From Narcine bancroftii (lineage: Eukaryota), in assembly GCF_036971445.1 (NCBI RefSeq), contig NC_091469.1, forward strand, positions 10,354,001 through 10,418,000: 64,000 bases of DNA, written 5' to 3'. The position numbers and the translations under genes were made by a program. This document shows, piece by piece, positions 50,735 to 63,736 of the stretch (position 1 is its first letter; every line of letters begins with the position of its first letter). The notes under the pieces are model-generated. The model was not told where the DNA came from. It made no database searches and worked only from the letters and a program-made list of their open reading frames with translations.

Positions 50735-51016
50735 TAAAGCTTCCTGATCGTGTTGGAGGTTTGGATCTGGAGCTCGAGTTGCCGATGGCTTGAACTGGAG
50801 TCTGTGCAGATGCAGAGCCTGTAGGACCGCTGGAGGAGAATCCATATACAGTTAGTGACTTTGAAGGGAGTCTCTTTTGCTTCTCCTTCTCTCTAACTGT
50901 AAGGAGCGCTGGGCAACACTTATGGAGAGCCTTTGTCTGCTTTATGGCAGGCAGAAGGCATTTTCATGTAATATTACATGTTCTGTACAATTACATTACA
51001 ACAAAGGAAACTTGAA
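50735..51016 (+). mobile_element. 5'-truncated copy of the 48708-49355 family
   Basis: gcttcctgatcgtgttggaggtttggatctggagct matches the reverse complement of about 48920-48955. Confidence 0.7.
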
Positions 51017-53483
51017 TTTTGAAACTCCTCCCACAACCAATTGATTCTCTGACTTGAGAACGCAAGCTGCCTGTAGGACATCGAGAGTTCCTTATTATCA
51101 CCAATTTGTAGACCTTGAGTAATATGAGAGAGTGCTGATTGCTGGAGCAACATACACTCCGCTGGAGGAACTCAGGGGTCTCGCAGCATCACTGGTTGAC
51201 GTTTTGGGCCAGAACCATTCAGGATTGCTCTTGATGACTCTTAATGAAAGGTTCTGGCCCACTGAGTTCCCCCAGATTGTTTTTTTTTCCCCATCAAACA
51301 AATAATATAATTTTTCAATCATCTTCGATGCTGTTCACACTTTCAAATTATATTCCTTTGATCCTTACAATGGTAATGTTCAAAGGACGTTGGATAGATC
51401 TAAGGAGGGCAAAAGTTTAGAAAGATATAGCCCAAATGCAGTCATCTAGGACCAGCTGAGAATGGCAACTTGGATGGCATGAACAAGTTTGACTGAAGAG
51501 TCTGTTCGATGCTGTATGACTCTATGACCTTATAAAATCACTGCCTTCCCTGTGACAACTCAGTACACAAGATCAATGCCAAGGTTGCAGAAGGAGTTTA
51601 GGGTTTGGAACAATGCCAGGCCAGTTAACACCTGAGCCTCATTTCCATGTCCGTTGTGTTTGAATTTGGAACTAGCAGGGTGGGATGTAAAAGTGTCAAA
51701 AGTTAGCGGGAGTGAGGAGTCAGAACAGGGGGAGTGGGGATCTTAACCGAGTGAGTAAGAGATCAGGGCAGGGGGAATGGTGGATCATAGGTCAGGGTTG
51801 TGGAGAGTTGTGATTCATTAGATCAATGCTGGATCTTCATGAAGAGGAGCAGGGGATTACATACTGACTTTGAGTCTTCAGATGCACTGCAGGGTCATCC
51901 TGCCTCACAAGCAAAAGATATTTTTAATCTCGTATAGCCAGATGTTTCAAGATTTGCTCTTTTTGCTTCAAACAAGCCTGTTAAATTGGCATGGAAGGTT
52001 CTGTACATAAACATACCTTTTATTTTATTCCCCCCCCCACCCCCCTCCCCCACAATGATCTTCATCCGTACGTTGCAAACCCAATAACATCTTGAAATTA
52101 CATTTCAAAATGGAATGTTCCCATTGAAACTAACGTGTTGCTTCGCCTTTAGAAATGGATTGGCCAGATGTTGGCATGACATTTCTTGATAGAAGATGTA
52201 ACTTCCTTGCTAATCGTGGCATGGGAAAGGATATTGATGCAAAGTGTTATTCACAGAGAAACTTGGTTAACCTAAGATTATTTGCTGTTTGTTTGCTTTT
52301 CCAATTACCTCACTGTGCATAAGTCTATCTGGTCAGTTGTTGAACAAAAGAATTACAAAGCAATTTGGCCCAAATGGAGTTCAATAAGAACATCTGCTGA
52401 TGTTGAGGTTGAGTACAATGCACAAAATAATCAGTAGGGTACATCACATGCACAGGAAGTAAACGTCATTCTAGGTCTGAGCACTTCATCAGGAATGTGG
52501 AAACACAAGGAGTCACCTGAATGCTTGTGTCAAATGTACTATATTCTCCTGTGGGTCACACCTCCACACCCTATGTCTCACCACTCCCCATGCACTGACT
52601 CTCCACTCTCCCTGACTTTTGACTCCCTACTCCCTTGACCTATGACTCCCCATGTAGCTGAACTAGGTTTAGGGGAGATAACCTTTTTGGCTTCCACATT
52701 GATCTGTATTGTTTCATCATATTGGATGTATACTTATCAGAGGGATTCCTTTGAGAAAGTTGGATGTTGAACTCAGAGTATCAGCTAAAGCCAATAATGA
52801 CTGTTAATGCTCTCAAATAACTCTGGAATGTTGAAAAGGGGTGATATGCAATTTTGAGGTTAAATAGAAATAGATATTTTACAAGTGATTAAAAATGGCA
52901 ATGAGATTTCAGTTCAAATCCCCTCAGTATAGCACAGTACCGTTTTATGGCCACAATGTTGTGTTGACATATGGAAATGTATTCCACATCAATCTCATTT
53001 TTCCCTATTTCACACCTAAGCCCTCTATATCACAAACACCAGACTTTACTCCATCTACATGAGGCAGTGTCTTATAAAAAGCAGACTCTATCCTCAAAGA
53101 TCCCCCACCACCTAGGCTATGCCCTCTTCACTCTACTACCATCAGGAAAAAGGTACAGGAACCTAAAGACAAGCACTCAGCAGCACAAGGACAGCTTCTT
53201 TCCCACTGCCATCAGATTCCTGAATAATAAATGAACCAAAGACACTGCCTTACTTTCCATGCACAATTAATGTTATTATCATTTTTTATATAGTAATGTC
53301 ATTCGTCACTCAAAAGAGAAAACCTTGCTCCATGTGACGTGTTCTCCAATCTTGGCCACAACATGGTAAATCCCCTCTGCACCATCTCCAAAGTATCTAC
53401 GACCTTCCTATAATTTTTTCTCTGTTCTTCATTACAAGTTCTCTCAATTTGGAATGTGGTATGAGAGAAGAAAAAATGTCCAA

Positions 53484-53660
53484 TATGGGTTGGCAACCTT
53501 TTAATTTATAATTTTTAATGTAGACATACAGTACAGTAACAGGCCATTTCAGCCCACGAGTCCATGCTGACCAATTAACCTACAACTGCAGTTCATGCTC
53601 ATGGGCTGAAATGGCCTGTTACCATGCTATATGTCTACATTAAAATGTTGCCCACCCCTT
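53484..53660. mobile_element. Palindromic MITE-like element with SINE-derived arms
   Basis: Arms ttttaatgtagacat...gtaacaggccatttcagccca and tgggctgaaatggcctgttac...atgtctacattaaaa. Outer ends gggttggcaac / gttgcccaccc. Confidence 0.75.
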
Positions 53661-54429
53661 CTAGTCTTTGGAGTATCATTAAAAATAATCCTCACATAGC
53701 TCTTATTGGTAATGATAATTAATTGTTGGAAAATACTTTATTTCTGTGCCTGAAGATTTTCTTTTTGTTAATGAATTATTGCCATCATAGCTTACTGAAA
53801 GAAGACTGGGAGCACAAGTACAGAAATCTAACATAGGGAAGAAGGACTGCTGTAAACGCTCTGTAGGTTAGAGTGAATCCCACTCCCATAACAGAGGCCA
53901 GTTCTGTGTCCCACTCCCATAGTCTCATGTGTCCCATAGCCTCATACTATCCCATGAAGTCCATCCATAAATTGGAGCAATAACTCCTGATTTTCCATCT
54001 GGACACTCAAGCCCGAAAAAAGTTATGTATATTTATCTCTGGTATATACATGACACTTTTGACCTGTTGAGTTCTCAAGTTTTGTGATTTTACTTCAACC
54101 ACAGAGTCTGCATTCTTTCTTGTTTTACCTCTATAAGTTAGACACTGGCTTGCTCAGTATTTCCAGAATGTCCTCCTTCTCCTGATCTGGAAGTATATTG
54201 CATCTGCTGGTTTACTTTCGCTGGATCATAGATCATGCTTGCTCCATCCCAGGTGAAGTGAAGACCTTTTCAAATCATTGCAGAAGCAAGAACAGCAGAA
54301 TGATCCCAGTTTGTGAAGGAACTGTCATTTTTCTTAAAGATTTTCTGTCGGGGGCACTGTCATTATCTGCTCCAAGTTCAAGTTTATTATCGTCTGAAAG
54401 GTACATATACAACCAGTCTACCAACGGCG

Positions 54430-54627
54430 CGCTTGCGCACACAATCACGTGCACATGTGCACACACACATGCATGCACGCAAGCGCACACAAACACGTGC
54501 AGTCACACAAACACACGTGCATGCCACATACGCATGTGTGTCACCACATGGGCACACACACATGTGTACACATAGATACATGTGCTCACACAAGCACACA
54601 TGCACACTCACAAACGCACACTCATGT
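54430..54627. repeat. Degenerate (CA)n-rich tract
   Basis: Directly visible. Confidence 0.9.
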
Positions 54628-55649
54628 GCTGTATCATGTCCTCCTAACCTTTGAGCTCTGTACCCCATGCCATGAAGGCAAGCATGCCAAATGCCTTCAT
54701 CATCTTCTTGTCCATCTGAGTTGCCTCTTTCTGGGAACTGTGCATCTTCACTCACCCTAGGTCTATTTTCCAATGCTCTCCAGGGCCCTACCATTCACCA
54801 TTTATTTAAGTCCTACCCAGGTTTGATTTATCGAAGTGCAAGACCTCAGACTTTGTCAGGGTTAAATTCCATTTCCCACTTCTCACCAACTATTGTAGAT
54901 TAATTTACAAACTTAAATATTCTTTCTCACTGTCCAGGGCCCCTGCAATTCCACAAATTTAAATCTGGGGAACACTAGCAGATGCCAAGGGAAATCATCC
55001 ACTCAACCCCTGGCCCAGGGTTCTTGCAAATTTTTCAGCTTCCACTTTGCATAATGTGCTGGGCTCCCAATTGGATGAGGATGGGGATGGGGCTCTTATT
55101 TAAGTGTCCACCACCTTTCATGACTGGAAATGGCAGGTCAGCAGAGCATAGACACTTTGGCAATGGGTCCCTGATCTTTCTCTGCAGCAAGCTGTTTACG
55201 TTGTTTGCCAACCAAGTAGTTCCACCTTGTACCTTCACCACACTGGTCCCTTGTTCCCCACAGTTACTCCTGGCATGGCCTCCTCTGCTAATCGTTGCCC
55301 CAGGTTTGAACCCCTGGAATGATGGTGATGGTGGTACAGAGGATGTATAAAGAGGTTATATACAGTGGGACCAGCCCTGATACAAACAATGAAAGCACGT
55401 TACCAGAAGTGGTTGAAAAAATCAGTCCTGATGTATGCAAATTTTTTTTCACATGTATCCATAGTATTTGACCTGCTTTTGGAGCCTCAATGTTAGTATC
55501 ACTGATTTACCTGTAACTGAGATTTCCAGTCTAATTTATCCACCAAGTATTGATAGTGAGGAACTTGAATGATGTGCAGCATTTCTTGTCAGAGATGATC
55601 ATTGCCTGGTGCTTCCATCCAGTAAACGTTCTGTGCCAATTTTTCCAAG

Positions 55650-56960
55650 TTCAAGTTTGTTTATTATCATTTAATTTGACATATATAACCAGATGAAACA
55701 GTGTTTCTTCAGACTACGGTACAAACACATAGACAAACAAAATGCTCCACGTTATCATCACATATTGTAAATACATTTAAGATAAATAGATGTAAGGAAA
55801 TATTTTGGTGGTGTTTACTTGGTCACAAGATACCATTAATCAATCTCACAGGAAACTATTTCCCATCCTGGCAGTCTTGAGTTTGATGCTCCTGTACTTG
55901 CAACTTGATGGCAGTGGGTCAAGGATCCTGTGTGATTAATGGAAAGGGTCCTCAATAATTCTTTGAGCCCTATTTAATCAATACTCCCAGTAACTGTTAT
56001 CAGTAAAGGAAAGATAGCCCCCATTGATCTTCTCAGCTGTTTTGATGATCTTCTGGTCTGATACTTCGCAGGTACTGTACCACACAATGACGCTGCCAAT
56101 CATATTCCTGTAAAATGTTGTCAAAATGGGGGCCAGTGGCCTTGCTGTTCTTAGCCTCCTTGAGCAGTGCAGCTGCTACAAATTTGTCAATGACACCCTG
56201 ATTGTAGGAGGAATAACAAATGACAATCAGGAAGCGTACAGGAAGGAGACAGATCAGCTCATTGAGTAGTGTCACACCAGTAACCTTGCACTTAGTGTTA
56301 GCTTAACCAGAGATTATTGTGGGTCATGAGGAAGTCAGAAGAACATGACCCAGTCCTCATTGAGGGCTCAATAGTGGAGATGGTCAAGAACTTCAGGTTC
56401 CTGTGTCAACATCTCTGAGGATCTGTCCTGGAGCCTCCATGTTGAAGCAATCATGAAAAGGCTATACTTTGAGAGATGCTTGAGGAGATTCGGTACGTCA
56501 ACAGAGATCTTTGAAAACTTCTATAGGTGTACCATGGAGAGCATTCTGGCTGGTTGCATCATTGCCTGGTATGGAGGTGCCTACGCTTAGGACAAGAAAA
56601 AAATTCCAGATGGTTGTTAACTCGACCTGTGACATAACAGGCACCAGTCTCCACTCCATCAAGGATGTCTTAAGCCTTTATCCTCAAGGACCCCCAGCAC
56701 CTTGGCCATGGTCTCTTCTTTCTGCTACCATGGGGGAAAAAAGTACAGGAGCCTGAAGATGGGAACTCCGTGGCTCAAGGGCAGCTTTATCTCTGCTACC
56801 ATCGGATTCACGAATAAGTAATGAACCAAAGACACTGCCTTACCTTTCATGCGCTATTTTTTTTATTTGTAAGGTGGTTTATACGTTGTCCCTGTGATGC
56901 TGCTGCAAAACAACGAGTGTAATGATTTATTCTTGACAATAAATTCTGATTCTGATCAAT
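55650..56960. mobile_element. Two Rex1-like fragments back to back (minus about 55650-56160, plus about 56175-56960)
   Basis: Plus: tacaaatttgtcaatgacacc (YKFxxDT), aacttcaggttcctg...tctgaggatctgtcctgg and a caataaattctgattctgat tail. Minus tail: aagttcaagtttgtttatt. Confidence 0.75.
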
Positions 56961-57409
56961 GGAAAGATGAGGTTGTTCCAAGAACGGAGCTGCAAGACAG
57001 GATGAATGGGATTTGCTAAGGAGGAGTGAATGGAATTGAGAGTCAACGATTTTGCCAAATATGATGGGGAGGAGAGATGTTCAATGATGAAATAGTTACT
57101 GGTGGCTGCGCTCAAGCAGTACTCCAAGAAATTCCTGCAATGATGCATCAAAGCAGGCCGGTTGACCTCGACTTTCCTGAGTGCAAGAGGCAACAACCAG
57201 TTTTACTATGGCTTGTTCCTGTTCCATTTGATCAAATATTCCCAACAAATTCCAAGCTGGATATTGGGGAGTAACAGCCGACGGTACCTGCCGTCATTCT
57301 CAAAGTGATTGAGAGTGAAAATTAGGAAAGGTGTATCATAAGTGCAAAGTCGTTGAGGTTCTAGAGTGTAGGCAGTCACTAGAACTGCATCTGGCTAAGG
57401 AAATGGTCA

Positions 57410-57680
57410 GACACAAAAGTGCTGGAGAAACACAGCAAGTCACGCAGCACCCAGAGGAAGTAAAGGGTTACCAATGTTTCGGACCTGAGCTCATCAGAAA
57501 TCTTTTGGTAGAGACAAGTATTCGGGACAGTCAAGTTCAAGTGGTGATTACCTTGATGAAGGGCTCAAGCCCACAATGTTGGATATGTATCATAATCTTT
57601 GCTATGACCTGCCAAGTTTCTCCAGCATTGTGTTTTTATTTCAACCACAATTTCTACAGTCTTTTGTGTTTTACTTCAAG
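57410..57680. repeat. Inverted pair of Penelope-like terminal sequences
   Basis: gtgctggagaaacacagcaagtca ... tgacctgccaagtttctccagcat. Shares tgatgaagggctcaagcc with about 10220. Confidence 0.6.
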
Positions 57681-58615
57681 AAGGTCACATGACTGTGGAA
57701 GTGAGTCTGGGTCATTGCATGATCATGGAGCTTAAGAGCAGCGAGGATAACAGAGGGAGCAGTAAGAGAGACGCTCGTAGAACCATTGAAGACTTGAGGA
57801 GGTACTTGTTACTTCTGATGGATGCTGCATCTTTAGCAGTTTCTTTAGCACTTTTGCTAAAGTTTCTTTAGCACTTTTGTGTTTCACTCTCAACCCCATC
57901 ATCTGCAAATTTTCTTATTTAACTCCAAAAGAAAATGGACATCAAGTCTTTGTGCTGATTGCATCCATTCTTAGTTGTAATTCATCCAGTCTTCAGGTGG
58001 ATTTCCCTTTACTGTGGGAATTAGGTGTTATGAAACTGCTTGTGTTTGGTGGTCCTTTTTTGAGCTGAATAGACACTGCCAGGATAATTAAGCATACTTT
58101 GATCGTGATGCATTGAAGTACGTGCAGAAACATTTGAGACTAAAGTTCTGAACGGGTTTGCATTTATTTCAAGCAATGAATCAATTGTTTGGCTGCACGA
58201 GTAAACAATGTATTTAGCTGATGAACAAGAACAATGGACTAAACAAGTCTATCTGTCACAGTAAGGAGCGTGTAGTGTGAATTGTGGAGGGTCATATAAC
58301 CTCTCCATCTGGAACCTGATGGAATTGTGGGGGGAGGAAGCATGTGGCCTCTCTACCTGAAACCTAGTCAGAAATCACTTCACCTGCTAATCATGGTCAA
58401 GCCCTGCCCACAAGTCAGTGCACACCTGGTCACTGGTTGCTTTAGTGGTACTAACTGCAGGGCTCAAGAGGGGAGTAATGTCAGCGCACTTTGTAGAGGG
58501 GAGTGATGTCAGTGCACTTCGCAGGGGCGAGTGACGTCAGCGCATTTCGCAGAGGGGAGTGACGTCAGCGCATTTCGCAGAGGGGAGTGATGTTAGCGAG
58601 CTTCACAAAGGGGAG

Positions 58616-59824
58616 TGTGACAGACTATATAGATATGATTTTGGGAGATAAATTGGGAAAGGTTTGTTAGAGTAGGTCACATACAAGCACTTCAAAACAG
58701 ATCTTATTTAAAATACTGGAGCTCTGCTACATATCAGGGCCTCAGAGCTTTTGCAAAACTTTGACGACTCCTCAAGAGATTTCACTAATGGATTGTTGTT
58801 TACAAAAGGCAACAAATGAAAGATCTTGCTGGAGCCGCAGACAGTTTGAAAACTTGCTGTTCTAAGAGGGTCATGTGGTTTTTCAAGTAGAGAGAGTCAA
58901 ATGGGCTTTCTCTCAGAGAGAGAGAAACAGATATTACTTGTTGTGATAGTACAGATCTATCACCAATGTATATAGTGTATATAGTTACAGTATCTAGACT
59001 GTGCTTACAGTGATTGGCTGAGAGCTTAGCCACGCCTACTGTCTGGGCCTTAAAGGGTTGTGTCCCTAGCCAGGTCGGATCATTCCGGACTGGTTGGCCA
59101 CCTGTGAAGAGCTCCTGTCTTTTGCTAATAAAAGCCTTGGTTTGGATCAACAAGTCTTTGATTCTTTCGACGAGCTCTACACTTGTACAGTGTTACAACC
59201 AGCAGAAACAACTGGGACTAGAACAGGACAAGCTGGAAAGCTTATAGAAAGCCAATTTGTAAGACAGTCTGGTCAAAGCCTTTGTGGTTCATGCAAGAGG
59301 AGAGGACTGATTCACATGGAATAAGAGAAACTAAAAGGCACTCTGGTGACCTGAAAGAAAGAGGGTATCATCTGGAGAATCCTGAAGGGGCAAGTTTAAT
59401 CAGCAAGACGCTGGAGTGGCTGATAGAAATACATCAATTGTGGATGTCCTGGAACAACAAAGCTCTCTCTGAAAACCAACAAGAACCTTCCTGAGTGGTA
59501 ACCATTTACCTTACAAGCACCAAAGCCTGGTGAACTTTATAAATGTTAAATTCTGTGCACAGTATAAGAATTGCCTGCAACCAGTGAACTTGGAGGAATG
59601 AGAAGGAGATTGGACTGTGAACCAAAGAACTTTTCTGAACTTACATACACATTACATACATGTGCACTTATAATTAGAAGGGGGTTAAGTTAGGTTAGTT
59701 ATGTCAATAGCGATAAGTTAAAGTGTGATTTTATTTTCATGTTTAAAGGTAATTAAAAGCAACGTTTGTTTAAGTAACCTATATCTATTGCTGCTGGGTT
59801 TTGGGCTCCTCTGAACTCATAACA
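58616..59824 (+). mobile_element. Solo LTR (about 0.96 kb net) inserted in the Gypsy 3' LTR
   Basis: tgtgac...ataaca termini and a 4-bp TSD ggag / agag. It splits one 28-bp unit. ATTAAA lies near the 3' end. Confidence 0.8.
58942..59181 (+). mobile_element. Solo LTR (240 bp) nested inside the previous solo LTR
   Basis: TG...CA termini, a perfect 5-bp TSD cttgt, and AATAAA about 50 bp from the end. Confidence 0.92.
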
Positions 59825-60219
59825 AGAGTGATATCAGTGCACTTCACAAAGGGGAGGGACGTCAGCACACCTCACAAAGGGGATGGACATCAACGGGCTG
59901 CAGATTCAGCCTCTAGCGACATGCTAGCAGGGAAGCAACATGTTCCGTAAACCCATGTAGGTCTGCAAACGTGGGTTTCTCCTGGGCAAAGAAGGGGAGC
60001 CTGCACCATTCTGTGCCAGATGCTCAGTGCAGCCATTCTGCCTGTCCAGCTGTGCAGCTGCTCAGTCTGCCACATCACCCCCTCCCGCCCCCCAGAATTG
60101 TCACAACTTTGGGTATTTTAGGAGGGTGTCCCCGGCACTTGGGAGGTGAGACATACACTGATTCAGCAATGTCCATGTGTGCAGGTTTCAGTCTGTCTCA
60201 TGTAAAAAGGTCTGGTCAA

Positions 60220-63200
60220 TCACCAATGTCCAATAGCACCAGAGATCCATTGTGCTGCAGCACTATGAGGCCCCTCATAAGATTGCTGCAGGAGTGTAGC
60301 GTGGGATGGATGTTGAACAAAGACACAAGAAGTAAAGTCGAGAGGCGCAGGAACGTGTGTAGGTGGTGATCCATGAAGAGTCGCTGGAACTGGAGTCAGG
60401 CAACCCATCTTGTTTCTTAGTTCTTGTAATTCCTCTGTAACCGAGGATCTATCTTTGGTTGGAAAAGGAATGATGTCTGCCGGTACTAGGAGTGAAGTGC
60501 CATAAAATAATTCTGCTGAAGAGGCCTCCAGGTCATCTTTTGGTGCTGTTCTAATACCAAAGAGCACCCACAGTAACTCATCTGCCCACTAAGGCCCGTT
60601 AAGTCTTGCCCGCAAGGCTTGTTTGCCAGTTGAAACATTCCACTAGCCCATTACTTGCCGTAGTATGGTGTAATTGCATACCACAAAGAATCGCTAGGTT
60701 TGCCCACAAGGATGAAGTAAACTGAGTTCATCTATCAGAGGTTAGATGGATTGGTACTCTAAATCGAGCAACCCAAATCGAGAGAAAAGTCTGAGCACAT
60801 GTTTCAGCCCTGATGTCCATCATTTGTGTAGCTTCCGGCCAATGGGTAAAATGGTCAACCATTGTTAGTATATACCATTGACCTCTGGTCGTAGGCAGTG
60901 GGCCCACGTCTATGTGTACATCCTGAAACCTTTGAGTCATAGGTGGAAATTGTTGAAGCAGTGCTTGGGTGTGCCGTTGGACCTTAGCAGCCTGGCAGGA
61001 GAGGTATGTTTGTGCCCAGTGAGTGACCTGCTTCCTCAAGATATATTTTGAGGACATAAGCTTGACAGTTGTGCAAACAGATAGATGGGACAGGCTGTGA
61101 ATGAGGTTGAAATGTTTCCTCTGCCAAGACAGTGGGATGATTGGTTGTGGCTGGCTGGTTGAAGTATCAGAAAGTATGTTCATCTGGTCGGGGCCTAATG
61201 GAACGTTGGCTAAGAGCAGGTCTGTAATAGCTGTACGGAAAGCTTGTACCTCCTGGTCCTCTTGTTGGGCTATTGCGAGAGCTCAGAGATCCAGCCCTCC
61301 TGCAATCGCATTGACCTCTGTCCTGGACAAGGGATCAAGTACAACATTGTCTTTACCGGACAAATGCCGCATATCAGAGGTAAATTCAAAAATATAGGCT
61401 AGATGCCTCAGTTGACGTGCTGACCAAGGATCCGTAATCTTGGGAAGGGCAAACATTAGAGGCTTATGGTCAGTAGACACAGTAATATGCATGCCCTCAC
61501 GAAAATATCTAAAATGTTTGATGGCCAGATAAAATAAATGCTAGTAACTCCCCGTCGAAAAAGCTGTACTTTAATTTGGGTGGGCATAGGTGGCAACTGA
61601 AAAATGCCAGGGGTTGCCACTGATTTTCTGTTCAAAGACTACCCCCACAGTGATGTCGGAGGTGAGCACAAGCGGGGCATGCACATGGGGGTGGGCGAAC
61701 ATGGTTACCTTTGAAAATGCTTCTGTGGCCTTTGTAGTCCAGAGTAGATTTTTAGATTTGACGGTGAGGACGTGGAACAAGGGTTTCGTGATCCCGGCAG
61801 CTGCTGGAATTAACCTGTTATAAAAGTTAACCAATCCCAGGAATTCTTGTAGCCCTTTAACTGTGGTGGGCTTTGGGAAGGCCCAAATGGCTGATACTTC
61901 GTCTGGAAGCAGGGTTGTGCCCTTGTTCAAACTCCTGTGTCCCAAAAAGTCAATTGTGTGTTTGCCAAATGTACCCTTCACATGGTTGATAGAAAGGCTG
62001 AATTCCTGAAGCCTCTGGAACAATTGTCGCAGGTGTTGTCTGTGCTCTTGTGTTGACTTGCTGACCACTAAGATGTCATCTAGGTAGATGAAAAGGAAAG
62101 GCAAATCTCTTGTGACAGCATCCATTAAATATTGAATGTCTGAGCTGCGTTCTTAAGGCTGAAAGGCATCCTCTGAAACTCAAATAGATCAAATGGAGTA
62201 ATAATGGCCATTTTAGGGATGTCCTCGGGTGGACAGGGATTTGGTGATAACCTTTTACTGTCTACCTTCGAGAAGATACATTTGCCATGGAGGTTGGCAG
62301 CAAAATCTTGAATGTGTGGTACTGGATACCCATCCGGCACAGTTGCACCATTGATGTGTTGGTAATCTCCACAAGGTCTTAGGCCACTGAATGCTTTGGG
62401 CACCATATAGAGTGGCAATGCCCAAGGATTATCGGACCTTCAGGTGATGCCTAGTTCCTCCATAGTTTTGAACTCTTTTTTAGCCTGTAGTAGCCAGTCA
62501 GGGGGAAGTCTGCTTGCCTAGGAATGTAGGGGAGGGCCAGTGGTGGTTATGTAGTGCTGAACTCCATGACAGGGAGAGACTAAATGGAATTTGGTGTAAG
62601 TAGTTCAGGAAACTCTGCTAAAAAGTTTGCAAAATCATCAGTGGTGAGTGTTTGCACACGTAGCAGTGTTGCCAGCGATGACCTGAAGAAAATGGGCATG
62701 TGTAGAATGTGGTGGCATGGACCAAATGGTGCCCTTTCATGTCAACCAACAGGTCATATACTCTCAGGAAGTCCACTCCCAAAATGGGCAGTCCTACGGC
62801 CACTAGTATGAAAGTCCAGTGGTAAGGTCTGTCGCCTAATTCTAGTTGTATCGACTTGGTACCATAACTGCTGACCATAGTGCTATTGGCAGCCCGCAAG
62901 TCAGCTTGAGGCACTCGAGATTCCCACTCATAAGCAGATGGCGGGTAGATACTGAGTTGAGCTTCAGGATCGACTAGCAGTTTGCATCCTTTGTGCTGAT
63001 CCATGGCATATAACAGGCTGGTCTGGTCGCCAACCGTCGAGGACATCAGAGGCGGTTGGCATTGTTATTTCCTTGGGAGTCAACCATGTAACTGTACGTT
63101 GGCACACAGAGGCATGCATTCCTGCCCTACTTTCTGTGGTAGAAACATCACTCACTGGTCTCCAATGGCTTTTTCTTCCTCAGTAGCTTGTGGAGTGCCG

Positions 63201-63736
63201 TAGAACTAGCAGCTGCATTGATCGACCTGTTGAAACTTTGCCATGGGAAGCTGCAGAACCCTGTGAAGTCTGTCTGCCTCCCTTGGTTTGGAGAAGTCAA
63301 GCAGAAGAGAGCAGCAGGACGATGTCATGAGGGAGCTGTTCCAAGAAGGCTGCCTTGAACATTAAGCAGTTGAAATGACAATCTGCTAATGCATGCATTT
63401 CATTCATCAGTTCTGACGGCCTTCTGTCCCCCAAATTGTCGAGGTGGAGTAAGTGTGTGCCTCTTTCCAGGTCAGACATGCCAAAAGTCACGAGGAGGTG
63501 TGCCTTAAGATAACTCTATTGATCGTCTTTGGGCGGGTTGTTGATAAAAATCATCTACCTTGACAACAGAATCTTCATCTAATGAGGCGACCACATGAAA
63601 GAATTTGGTGGCTTCATCTGTTATGTTCCTAATGTGGAACTGAGCCTCACCCTACTGGAACCATGGACGTGGTCTGTGAGGCCAGAAGGTGAGCAGATTC
63701 AAAGCCACCGCGTGCAGCGCAGTAGTGGCATCCATT
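60220..63736 (-). pseudogene. Frameshifted gag-pol of the CsRn1-like element
   Basis: Gag TFWPHRPRPWF..GEAQF and LGDRRPSELM. Protease LLVDPEAQLSIYPP. RT RPCGDY, RMPFSLKNAAQTF and IYLDDILV. RNase H TDHKPL. Integrase VHIDVGPLP and TSDR. Confidence 0.92.

Larger units (their letters stand above)
58469..59890. repeat. 28-bp tandem repeat (about 7 units) inside the 3' LTR, split by a nested LTR
   Basis: Units of aggggagtga(c/t)gtcagcgca(c/t)ttc(g/a)ca(g/a) at 58469-58615 and 59825-59890. Confidence 0.9.

Noticed and set aside
57838-57879. Short direct duplication agtttctttagcacttttg (similar small ones at about 26043 and 34117)
   Set aside because: Ordinary slippage duplications with no further structure.
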